Source: Candidatus Kapaibacterium sp.
GTDB taxonomy: Bacteria > Bacteroidota > Ignavibacteria > Kapaibacteriales > UBA2268
DNA length: 64,000 nucleotides
Assembly: GCA_963664875.1 (NCBI GenBank)
Contig: OY761611.1
Location: forward strand, 2,688,001 to 2,752,000
Direction of reading: 5' to 3'
Positions 29,704-38,529 of the stretch are shown in pieces. The notes under the pieces were generated by a model. The model was not told where the DNA came from, made no database searches, and was given only the letters and a program-made list of their open reading frames with translations. Positions within the stretch are counted from its first letter, which is position 1. Every line of letters starts with the position of its first letter. The position numbers were made by a program, and so were the translations under genes.

Positions 29704-30900
29704 ATGGACAATTTTAATCATAATGAGCTAAGCAGAGAGGAAATCCTGTCGCTTCTTATGGATGGTGAGCTACAAGATGCAAACGAGCAGTCCCTTTTTG
29801 CCGAATTGGCAAAAGAAACTGATTTGCAGGCTCAGCTAAAGGATACTTTAGCCATCAGAGAAGCTATCAAATCCGACAGCGAAGCCTTTGCTCCTCCGCC
29901 TGATCTTACAGCAGAGCTTTTTGATAAGCTCGGTTATGCTCAGCGACCTAAGATAGCTCCTTTGGGCTTCGATTGGTCAAGATTCATGAGACGTGTTGCC
30001 GCACCACTCATGTTGATGATGCTGGCAATAACCTTGCCATTGATATATAATGCAACTACTGATACTAACACTATAGACGCTTCTGTTCCGGTTATTTCTT
30101 CGGAAAGTATCGAGCAAGAGCACACAAATGTAGTCGAAGCAAATTCTGTTTCTACTACGGAGAATCTACAATCTCGCTCTGCAAATGCAGCTTTGGCAAC
30201 ATCTTCTAATCAAAGAATATTAACGGGCAATCAAGATGCAGATGAGTTCGCAGATAATGATGTATATGATGTAGTTTCAACTGAATCTGAGCCGGAAGAC
30301 TTTGCACAAAGCAATTTCTTAGACTCTAAAATCATTACTAACAGCAATATGTATTCAGATGTGATTTTAGTTGCAGACAACTCCGAAATGCAAAATTTTG
30401 CAATTTCTGACATTAAAGCAATAAGGCACACGAGACAAGATAGAGAGTGGACTCTCCACCTGCGAGGAATTTATAATCTTAATGCTGATAATGAAGCTAT
30501 GCAGGAATTTAATCCTACAAAAAGCTTTGCAGCCGGCATTATGATGAAACTTTCAGAAGATGTTTCATTCGGTCTCGAAGGTGGAAGAGAAGTTTATAGC
30601 TTTTCGAACACAATCGAGGGCTTGCAGGATGACCCTTATGTGTTTTGGTATGCTTTAAGTTTCCGTTATTTAGTCAACGAGCTTAACTTTTCAGGGATAA
30701 CACCTTATGTAAGAGTTAACGGTGGTGGCTCGTCACGAGGTCCTGTGTTTGCAGCATTTATTGGAGGCGAATACAGACTTTCTGATACTTATGCACTTAC
30801 TTTGGGCTATGGTGCAAATTTACTGACTTACAAATCAAATAATTTGCAGTATGCCACAAGCAAAACAGGGTTGAATTTCGGAATTAACTTTAGATTTTAA
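29704..30900 (+). CDS. Putative dual-membrane-spanning anti-sigma factor (anti-sigma domain, TM, disordered linker, OM beta-barrel)
   Basis: N-terminal LSLLMDGEL...L..L helix typical of anti-sigmas; TM VAAPLMLMMLAITLPLIY; S/T/E/N/D-rich linker; amphipathic beta strands ending GLNFGINFRF (terminal Phe); 5 nt after the sigma gene. Confidence 0.7.
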   Translation: MDNFNHNELSREEILSLLMDGELQDANEQSLFAELAKETDLQAQLKDTLAIREAIKSDSEAFAPPPDLTAELFDKLGYAQRPKIAPLGFDWSRFMRRVAAPLMLMMLAITLPLIYNATTDTNTIDASVPVISSESIEQEHTNVVEANSVSTTENLQSRSANAALATSSNQRILTGNQDADEFADNDVYDVVSTESEPEDFAQSNFLDSKIITNSNMYSDVILVADNSEMQNFAISDIKAIRHTRQDREWTLHLRGIYNLNADNEAMQEFNPTKSFAAGIMMKLSEDVSFGLEGGREVYSFSNTIEGLQDDPYVFWYALSFRYLVNELNFSGITPYVRVNGGGSSRGPVFAAFIGGEYRLSDTYALTLGYGANLLTYKSNNLQYATSKTGLNFGINFRF

Positions 30901-30927
30901 CATAACCTAACATATCACTTGCATCAC

Positions 30928-30964
30928 AAAACCTCTATTTAAAAAAAGATAGAGGTTTTTTTTT
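30928..30964 (+). terminator. Intrinsic terminator
   Basis: AAAACCTCTAT / ATAGAGGTTTT plus T-tract. Confidence 0.85.
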
Positions 30965-31138
30965 CGCTCAACCTGACGGAAAAGTTGAACTCCAATTCCA
31001 AAAACTCTAAGGTGTTTTAGGAAAATCTCTACTTCTCACAAGCCTTAACCCAAAATTTAATCTCTTTTCTTAAAATAAATTAGTAAATTGCATAGTTTAG
31101 TTAAAATATCTTTTGTGCAGAAACAGCGGTGCTTTAAT

Positions 31139-33556
31139 ATGCTTCTATCTATCAAATGGCTTAAAGAATTAGTTGATTTCGATTTGACTATTGAAGAACT
31201 CGATAAGACGCTCACGATGCTCGGTATCGAGGTAGAAGGAATTATCGATTATTCTAAAAAATATGATAAATTTTATACTGCTAAAGTAACTAGCAGAGAA
31301 AAACATCCGGATGCTGATAAACTTTCGATTTGTAAAGTCTCAGACGGCAAAGAGGAAAGAACTATAGTTTGCGGCGCTCCAAACGTAGATGCAGGTCAAA
31401 CCATTGTTCTTGCTACCGAAGGTGCTTTTGTGCCTGGACCGGAATTTGAAATCGCCAAACGAAAAGTAAGAGGCGTGGAATCCAACGGCATGATTTGCAG
31501 CAAAGATGAGCTTGAGCTTGGTGAATCTACGGGAGGTATATGGGTTCTTCCGGAAGACACTGAAATTGGGCAACCGCTTGCAGATTATTTAGATTTGAAT
31601 GATACCATCTTCGAAATATCGCTTACTCCAAACAAAGCGGACTGTATCAGTCATCTTGGAGTTGCCCGCGATTTAGCTGCGTATTTGAGAACAAAAGTGA
31701 AAACAGCAGACAAATCATTAGACGAAAAAGGCGATAATATTTCAAAATCTCTTAGCGTTGAGATTTTAGATGCAGAAAAATGCCCTCGCTATTCTGCAAG
31801 AGTAATCAGAAATACAAAAATTCAAGAGTCACCTGACTGGCTCAAAAATAGATTAATTGCTATTGGTCTTAGACCCATAAATGCGGCAGTTGACGTAACA
31901 AATTACGTAATGTATGAATGTGGTCAGCCGATGCACGCGTTTGATTTGGATACGGTTGCAGGTGGAAAAATCATTGTAAAAACTGTAGAGAACAAAACGA
32001 AATTCACTACTCTCGACAGCAAAGAAAGAGAATTGGACGAGCAAATGCTTATGATTTGCGATGCAGAAAAGCCAATCGCAGTTGGTGGCGTTATGGGTGG
32101 TGAAAACTCTGAAATTACAGATGCTACTACTAACATTATCTTAGAATCTGCGTTCTTCAATCCATCTTCAGTTCGTCGTACTTCTAAAAAATTGGCAGTA
32201 CAAAGCGACTCTTCTTACAGATTCGAGAGAGGAGTTGACCACGAAAACATCGTTAATGCCTTAAATAAAGCAGCAGCAATGATTGCTGAATTCACAGGCG
32301 GTGAAATCGCTGAAGGTATGATTGATGTATATCCAAACGAAATTAAACGCAAAGAAATCAAACTCAGATACGAAAGAGCAAGAAAGATTATCGGTATTGA
32401 TATAAAAGATGCTTTAATCAAAGAGATGATGGAAGCTCTTAACTTCGTTGTGATAAGCGAAGACAAAGAAGGCATCTTACTTGAAGTGCCTCCTTACAGA
32501 GTAGATGTTACTTTAGAAATAGATTTGATAGAAGAAGTTGCAAGACTTTACAATTATGATAATATCAATCCTAACTTTGCTTCTGCAGTGAACTTTGGTG
32601 CTTATAATGTTCCTAAGGAACTGTCGTTGCCTCCGTTCCGCAAAAAAGTAAGAGACTATCTCGTGCAAAACGGATTTAACGAAATCATCACTCAAAACAT
32701 GATGGATCCTAAATCTGCTGCAATATTCGGAGAAGATCTTGTAACTATAGCAAATCCTCTCGGTGAAGAGCTTTCTATCTTGAGACCTTCTACGATTGCT
32801 TCTATGCTAAAAACATTGAATCACAACATCAGAGTTGGCAATAGTCGTATGAGACTTTTTGAGTTAGGCAAGTCATTCCATCGCGTCAACGATAACGTAC
32901 CAACATTTATCCAAGGTTTCATGGAAAAACAGGAACTTACGATTGCCATCGCTGGCAAAGCATTCCCTAAACAGTGGTCGATGGCGGAAAGAGATGTTGA
33001 CTATTATGACATCAAAGGCGTAGCAGAAGGTTTACTTGCACAGCTTAGAATCGAAGGTTTGAAATATAAAGAAGTGCAGGAAGAAATACCTGCTTTCTCT
33101 AAAAACACTGTTGCTATCATGCAGAAAAAGCAGGTAGTAGGCTATGTTGGCGAAGTAAACAGCAGCATCAAAAAGCACTATGATATCGAAATGCCTGTCT
33201 TTATAGCATGGTTTGACATGAGCGTGCTAAACGGTATCGAACCTCTGAAACCTTACTACAGCAAAGTAGCACCATTCCCTGGTTCTACAAGAGACTTGGC
33301 ATTTATCGTAGCAAAAGAAGTAAAAGCTGATGATATTTTGAATCAAATAATTCAAAACGGTGGGAAATTGCTTCAATCTGTAAACATCTTTGACGTTTAC
33401 GAAGGTAAAAATGTAGCAGACGACAAAAAATCATTAGCATACAGCTTACACTTTGCAGCACCTGACAGAACTTTGAAAGATAATGAAGTAGATCAGGCAA
33501 TAAATAAGGTAATTCAGACTATCGAAAAGAAATTTGAAGCTGAATTGCGGGGATAG
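31139..33556 (+). CDS. pheT: Phenylalanine--tRNA ligase beta subunit
   Basis: HPDADKL, IVCGAPN, SNGMICS, RFERGVD, DLIEEVARL, C-terminal RDLAF / RTLKD.EV; ATG at 31139. Confidence 0.97.
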   Translation: MLLSIKWLKELVDFDLTIEELDKTLTMLGIEVEGIIDYSKKYDKFYTAKVTSREKHPDADKLSICKVSDGKEERTIVCGAPNVDAGQTIVLATEGAFVPGPEFEIAKRKVRGVESNGMICSKDELELGESTGGIWVLPEDTEIGQPLADYLDLNDTIFEISLTPNKADCISHLGVARDLAAYLRTKVKTADKSLDEKGDNISKSLSVEILDAEKCPRYSARVIRNTKIQESPDWLKNRLIAIGLRPINAAVDVTNYVMYECGQPMHAFDLDTVAGGKIIVKTVENKTKFTTLDSKERELDEQMLMICDAEKPIAVGGVMGGENSEITDATTNIILESAFFNPSSVRRTSKKLAVQSDSSYRFERGVDHENIVNALNKAAAMIAEFTGGEIAEGMIDVYPNEIKRKEIKLRYERARKIIGIDIKDALIKEMMEALNFVVISEDKEGILLEVPPYRVDVTLEIDLIEEVARLYNYDNINPNFASAVNFGAYNVPKELSLPPFRKKVRDYLVQNGFNEIITQNMMDPKSAAIFGEDLVTIANPLGEELSILRPSTIASMLKTLNHNIRVGNSRMRLFELGKSFHRVNDNVPTFIQGFMEKQELTIAIAGKAFPKQWSMAERDVDYYDIKGVAEGLLAQLRIEGLKYKEVQEEIPAFSKNTVAIMQKKQVVGYVGEVNSSIKKHYDIEMPVFIAWFDMSVLNGIEPLKPYYSKVAPFPGSTRDLAFIVAKEVKADDILNQIIQNGGKLLQSVNIFDVYEGKNVADDKKSLAYSLHFAAPDRTLKDNEVDQAINKVIQTIEKKFEAELRG

Positions 33557-33574
33557 ATATTTTAACTTCGAAAA

Positions 33575-33600
33575 CAACCTTGGGGTTAACCCCAAGGTTG
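33575..33600. repeat. Perfect 26-bp palindrome
   Basis: CAACCTTGGGGTTAACCCCAAGGTTG equals its own reverse complement. Confidence 0.9.
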
Positions 33601-33611
33601 GTATAAAAATA

Positions 33612-33833
33612 AATTCCCCTTCTTTTCAAGAAGGGGTGCCCGAAGGGTGGGGTAGTTGGGCGTAATGCCAATCATAAACTCTAAATATAGATAGCTTGGT
33701 GGAATCTTTCCACCCCGTCATGCCACCCTTCAAGAGGGGAATTCCTTGTACATTTACATTAGGTTTAAGTAGCATCGGCAAAAGCTTTCTATCAATCCCT
33801 TCCGTTGAGGTGTCACGAAGTGATGGTGTGGTA
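33612..33833. repeat. GC-rich REP-like inverted pair plus a degenerate third unit
   Basis: AATTCCCCT..GAAGGGGTGCCCGAAGGGTGGGGTAG faces CCACCCCGTC..CCACCC..AGGGGAATT (33612-33743); weaker copy at ~33796-33833. Confidence 0.55.
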
Positions 33834-33903
33834 AAATATATTACTATTGCACTCTCAATAACAAAACGCAGTACTTCTGTACAAAAAATAGAAAAATGGA
33901 ATT

Positions 33904-36900
33904 ATGCAACCGGATAAAAATATACAATTGTTGGTAGAGAAGCTATGGCAGTCGGTTGAAAAAGCAGCTGACACTATAGAAAATCTAAAGCTCGAAAAAA
34001 TCGAGCTACAGGAACATATCAGCTCTCTAAATTCGAGAGTAAACAGCTCAGAAGAAGAATTTTCGAGAGCTAATGAGAGCTATGCGTCGTTGCAGGCGGA
34101 TCTCGAAGACAAGCAAGCTCAGCTTACTCAAATCAAAGATGAGTTGGAGAAGCTGACTATCGAATTATCCGAAAAAAATTCTATTATATCTAATCAAAAT
34201 GATGCTTTCCAACGACTTGCAGATTTGAAAGAAAAAATGGATTTCTTTGAAGCTAAAAGTCGGGCTGTTCCTGTATTGACAGAACAGTTGCATGCAGAGT
34301 CTCAAAAAGCACAAGTATTGGAACAGGAAAATTCAGAGCTCAAAGCACGATTGGAAGATTACATCCGAAAAACAAATGATTTGGAACTTAGCCAAAAAGA
34401 CCATGTCCGCAAAAATTTCGAGCTTATTAAGCTTAATGAGGAAATTTCAAAGTTAAAAAGCGACAATGCTGAGCTTAAATCTTTTGAGTATAATTATAAA
34501 AATCTTATTGAAAAATATAATACTGACCAAGCAAAGATTGCAGGTTTGAATGCCGAACTGCTTAGTTTGCGTGGGATTAATCGTAATCTTCAGAGCGAAA
34601 AATCAGTATTGGCGGAAGAACTTACTGCTCTCAAAGAGCAAATTCAGCTCAATCAGTCTTCGTACAGCGAACAGGCTAATGCCTATGCTGAACAGGCACA
34701 ACAAGTTGCTGAGCTACGGAATAAAATAGTTGAACTCGAAGGCAAACTGACAGTAAAAGACTCGGACAATAGACTATTGAGCGAAGAAATTGCAGCTTTT
34801 AATGCTAAGTTAGAAGAAAAAGAATTAGAACTTGCCCTTATGAAAGAGCAGCTTGGAATTTCAGAAGGCAGAATCGAAAATGTAAATATGGCATACGACA
34901 AGTTGCAGTCAAAAATCCGAGATATAGAAACTATCTCACTTGGCAGAGCAGTTGAAATTGAAGATTTGAAAAATACACTTTCTTCAATCAGCTACCTCGA
35001 AGCGAGTGATTTGAATAGCTTCCTTGCGATTAGCAAAGATCTGCAACGTAGAGAAGAGTTTATTTTGGAGCTTGAATCCAACATATTCGAATACGAATCT
35101 GCACTTCATGAACTTCGTCGCAGAAATTCTGCAATGGAAGAGGCTATGAAAGACCTCAGACATACGATAGCCATGAAAGACAGTAGCGTCAAGAGTTTGG
35201 AAATCCGCATCAGAACCTTAGAAAGCGCTCTTTCTTCAGAGATAGAAAAGCTGAACGACACTGACAAAGCAAAAGAAAATTTAAACCAAGAACTTGAGGA
35301 TTTGAATCAGCAGAAATTCGAGTTAGAACTACAATTAGAAGAATTGCAAAGTTCATTAGCCAAGTCATCAAATAATAACAGTGCTTTACAGAACGAAAAA
35401 GATGTCTTATCTGCTAAAGTGACTGAGCTTGAGAACGAATTGGATAATATGAATATTACAATTCTGGATTTGAATGAAAAACTTGCGACACTTGAAGTCA
35501 ACTTCGAACAATCAGCTCTCAAAGTAAATATACTTAATGATGAGAAAAGCTTATTAGCTGATAAATTGCAATCAGCTAACATTCATGCCGGCAATCTATA
35601 TGATAAGTTGAATGATGCAGAATTGCTTAATTCAAATTTACTGCTACAAATAGCAGAAGCTGACGCCTTGCTCAGTCAAAGCGAAGTACACAACGAAGTT
35701 TTCGCTTCAAAGTTAGAAGAGTCATCAATGGAGTTGGCTCGTTACGAAGCTCGTATAATCAAATTAGAGCAGGAATTAGAAGATGCTGCTACTCACAATT
35801 GGAATTACGAAGAAAAGTTAAACCAAATCTCAATCGAAAAAGAGCAGCTTGAAGATTATTTGCAGAGCTATAGGGCTAAAAAGGAATATATTGAGTTAAA
35901 AGTCACTCAATTGGAAACTGAGCTAAATAGGAATGAAATTTATAATGAAGTATTTGCTTCAAAGTTAGAAGAGTCATCAATGGAGTTGGCTCGTTACGAA
36001 GCTCGTATAATCAAATTAGAGCAGGAATTGGGAGATGCTGCCACTCACAATTGGAACTACGAAGAAAAGTTAAGTCAAATCTCAATCGAAAAAGAGCAGC
36101 TTGAAGATTATTTGCAGAGCTATAGGGCTAAGAAATCAGAGTTAGAAGATACAATAGCACAGTTAGAAAAAGAGCTCAATCAAAGCGAAATACATAACGA
36201 AGTCTTCGAAGCAAAAATAAATGAATTGCTTAGCGAAAAAGATATACTCATAAACACCTATCAGTCAGCTCTGAAAGAAATTACAGAAAAAGCAGAAACA
36301 ATTAGTAATTTGCGAGAAATCAATGAATCTGCTAATGAACAGCTAAGAGATGTAAGAAACGAAAGAGACAGACTGAAACGTGACTACAGAAAAGAGCAGG
36401 AAGAACTTCGCAAAACTCTGAATACTAATAATTCTCTTGCCGGCAGTCTTGCATTATTAGGCATGGAAAAAGAATTATTAGAGCTTAGATATAATGAAAT
36501 GGAAGAGGCATATAGCAAATCCATAGATAAATTACAAAATCTTGCAGGGAACGCTGAAATAACCGATGCCGAACTTGATAAGATTAAAGAGGAGCTTAAC
36601 CTACGCACCGAAGCTTTGAAAGTATTTGCAGGTGAAAAGGAAGAATTCCTTATCAAAATTGAAGAGCTCGAATCTGACTATGATTCATTGCAAAGTGAAC
36701 GTGACAAAATCGCTGACCATTTGATTATAGTAAAATCCGAAAATAACTCTCTCAAGGAATCATTGAACGATCTGCAGGACGAACACCAAAAAACACTTGG
36801 AGCTATTGCTCACATGCAGAGCGAATTGAATGAAAAGCAGGAAGAACTTTTCCAAATTTACGCTGCCAGAGAGGATGTTATTGCTGAGCTTAACCGAGCA

Positions 36901-37683
36901 AATGCAACTTTGGATACACTTAAACTAGAAAATGAAGAGATTTCTTTAAACTGTAAGCACGCGGCAAATGCACTCGAAAAGCTTACTGCAGTGAATAAAG
37001 AAGTGTCCGAACAGCTTCATTTGGTAAAAGCCGATTTGCAAGCTAAGCAAAGCTATAGCATAGAACTTGAGCAGGAAATCAATGAACTTGAAAGCCGACT
37101 TGCTAAATTGACCGGAGAAAAAAATAATCTGGAAAATAAATCTTCAGCACTTGCAGAGCTTTCCGAAAGCCAAAAACAAAACATAGCTTCATTAGAAGCT
37201 GAAAAAGCGGGTCTATTTGAGCAAATAGAGACACTTGGCAAAGCGAAACTACAGTTAGAATCTGACATTAGCGATTTAAAAGGTATAGCATATAAACTCG
37301 AAAAATCTGAAGCCCGCAACGAAGAATTGAAACATAAGCTATTAGGACAAGAAGAAGTGCACCAAAACATTTTGGCTCGCTACCATAGCTTAGAAAGAGA
37401 AAAAGAAAAGCTTTATATCAGAGAAGAGTATGTAGGCAAACTCGAAAAAGAAATCGAAGAGTTAAAAGCTCAAATAGCTAACCAAAACAGCATCCAGGCA
37501 AAAGTGCAGGAACAGAACGTAAGTTTGGAAAGTTTGCTTCGAACAAGATACGAACAGATACAACTATTAGAGCAGCAGCTTAATGATTTGCAGCAAAAGG
37601 CAGCAAATTATACAAAAGAAAAGGAATCAATCAAAGCAGATATAGATAAATATTTAGCTAAAATAGACAGCATTTTATATTGA
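33904..37683 (+). CDS. Giant coiled-coil protein (1259 aa) in the ZapB position
   Basis: Continuous E/K/L/Q-rich heptads, almost no Pro, no TM, signal or Walker motif; lies between pheT and zapA. Confidence 0.85.
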   Translation: MQPDKNIQLLVEKLWQSVEKAADTIENLKLEKIELQEHISSLNSRVNSSEEEFSRANESYASLQADLEDKQAQLTQIKDELEKLTIELSEKNSIISNQNDAFQRLADLKEKMDFFEAKSRAVPVLTEQLHAESQKAQVLEQENSELKARLEDYIRKTNDLELSQKDHVRKNFELIKLNEEISKLKSDNAELKSFEYNYKNLIEKYNTDQAKIAGLNAELLSLRGINRNLQSEKSVLAEELTALKEQIQLNQSSYSEQANAYAEQAQQVAELRNKIVELEGKLTVKDSDNRLLSEEIAAFNAKLEEKELELALMKEQLGISEGRIENVNMAYDKLQSKIRDIETISLGRAVEIEDLKNTLSSISYLEASDLNSFLAISKDLQRREEFILELESNIFEYESALHELRRRNSAMEEAMKDLRHTIAMKDSSVKSLEIRIRTLESALSSEIEKLNDTDKAKENLNQELEDLNQQKFELELQLEELQSSLAKSSNNNSALQNEKDVLSAKVTELENELDNMNITILDLNEKLATLEVNFEQSALKVNILNDEKSLLADKLQSANIHAGNLYDKLNDAELLNSNLLLQIAEADALLSQSEVHNEVFASKLEESSMELARYEARIIKLEQELEDAATHNWNYEEKLNQISIEKEQLEDYLQSYRAKKEYIELKVTQLETELNRNEIYNEVFASKLEESSMELARYEARIIKLEQELGDAATHNWNYEEKLSQISIEKEQLEDYLQSYRAKKSELEDTIAQLEKELNQSEIHNEVFEAKINELLSEKDILINTYQSALKEITEKAETISNLREINESANEQLRDVRNERDRLKRDYRKEQEELRKTLNTNNSLAGSLALLGMEKELLELRYNEMEEAYSKSIDKLQNLAGNAEITDAELDKIKEELNLRTEALKVFAGEKEEFLIKIEELESDYDSLQSERDKIADHLIIVKSENNSLKESLNDLQDEHQKTLGAIAHMQSELNEKQEELFQIYAAREDVIAELNRANATLDTLKLENEEISLNCKHAANALEKLTAVNKEVSEQLHLVKADLQAKQSYSIELEQEINELESRLAKLTGEKNNLENKSSALAELSESQKQNIASLEAEKAGLFEQIETLGKAKLQLESDISDLKGIAYKLEKSEARNEELKHKLLGQEEVHQNILARYHSLEREKEKLYIREEYVGKLEKEIEELKAQIANQNSIQAKVQEQNVSLESLLRTRYEQIQLLEQQLNDLQQKAANYTKEKESIKADIDKYLAKIDSILY
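35677..36209 (+). repeat. Intragenic tandem repeat with 252-bp period
   Basis: 35704-35879 nearly identical to 35956-36131; partial third unit CAAAGCGAA.TACA.AACGAAGT.TTCG at 36181 matches 35677. Confidence 0.95.
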
Positions 37684-37845
37684 GATAATATAAAATTTTA
37701 TTTACTTAAAACAGTCTTTTATAAAAAGGGGCGGACTATTCAAAAAAACTTTTGGATATTATGGTATATTATTCTAAGTTTGCATAGTTTAGCCTAAAAG
37801 TTGAAATATATTTTATTTTAGTTCTTTACTCAGACAATATAGATA

Positions 37846-38127
37846 ATGGCAAAAACAATAGATGTAGTAATAGGTGGTAAGCATTTCTCCCTCGTAGGAG
37901 AAGATGAGCAACTGATTAGAAATGCAGCGAACTTAGTTGACAGACAGGTAACTGAGATGGAGCAAAAGCACAGATCTTTGCCATTTAATACAGTATCTGT
38001 ATTGGCAGCATTAAATATAGCCGGACAGAATCAGCAAAATGAGAAACAAAAAGAGGTTGATACTCAATACTTGATAGATCAATTGAACCAGATGTCAGAG
38101 AAATTAGATAATTCGATAAATTTATAA
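37846..38127 (+). CDS. zapA: Cell division protein ZapA
   Basis: V.IGG..F.L...DE..IR.AA.LVD..., VLAALNIA motif. Confidence 0.9.
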   Translation: MAKTIDVVIGGKHFSLVGEDEQLIRNAANLVDRQVTEMEQKHRSLPFNTVSVLAALNIAGQNQQNEKQKEVDTQYLIDQLNQMSEKLDNSINL

Positions 38128-38136
38128 TTTTTTTAC

Positions 38137-38164
38137 TTGACTTTAGAAAAAACTTTGTTATCTT
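38137..38164 (+). promoter_or_regulatory. Sigma70-like promoter upstream of 6S RNA
   Basis: TTGACT-N16-TATCTT. Confidence 0.45.
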
Positions 38165-38230
38165 ATGAGCAGAAAGCTATTGCTAAAAGTGATAAACAGC
38201 AATCTTTGTTCTTTCAAATAAATTTATGCG

Positions 38231-38472
38231 CCGCATAATTTTGTCATTGTCACACGGATAAAGAACTAACATTTTTCAAAAGGGAATTAGACTCTAATTG
38301 TTGATAGCGGGCCACATCATACCCTCGCGGTATGTAATCAGCTGATTATAGCCAAGGTGTAGAGCTGTTTTCAGAGGATCGGTGGATTATAGATATGATT
38401 AGGCTTTTACCCACTGTGTCTAAGAGAGTTCTTTCTTACTCTCGTGGATATAAGACAGATAAAATTATGCGG
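38231..38472 (+). ncRNA. ssrS: 6S RNA
   Basis: Between zapA and rny (known ssrS synteny); closing stem CCGCATAATTTTGTC / GATAAAATTATGCGG, inner AAGAACT / AGTTCTT, unpaired central region, then T-tract. Confidence 0.75.
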
Positions 38473-38529
38473 TTTTTTTTTGCCGCTAATGATTTTTCGA
38501 TACTTTAGTGCAATAGGAGTAATTGACCG

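Noticed and set aside
33696-33917. 73-aa ORF
   Set aside because: It runs through the REP-like repeat, starts with TTG and has no protein-like features.
35704-36131. Near-identical repeat pair as a DGR template/variable region
   Set aside because: Both copies are in-frame in one gene, mismatches are mixed A/G and C/T transitions rather than adenine-specific, and there is no reverse transcriptase in the window.
33904-37683. SMC/SbcC ATPase
   Set aside because: No Walker A/B, signature motif or hinge.
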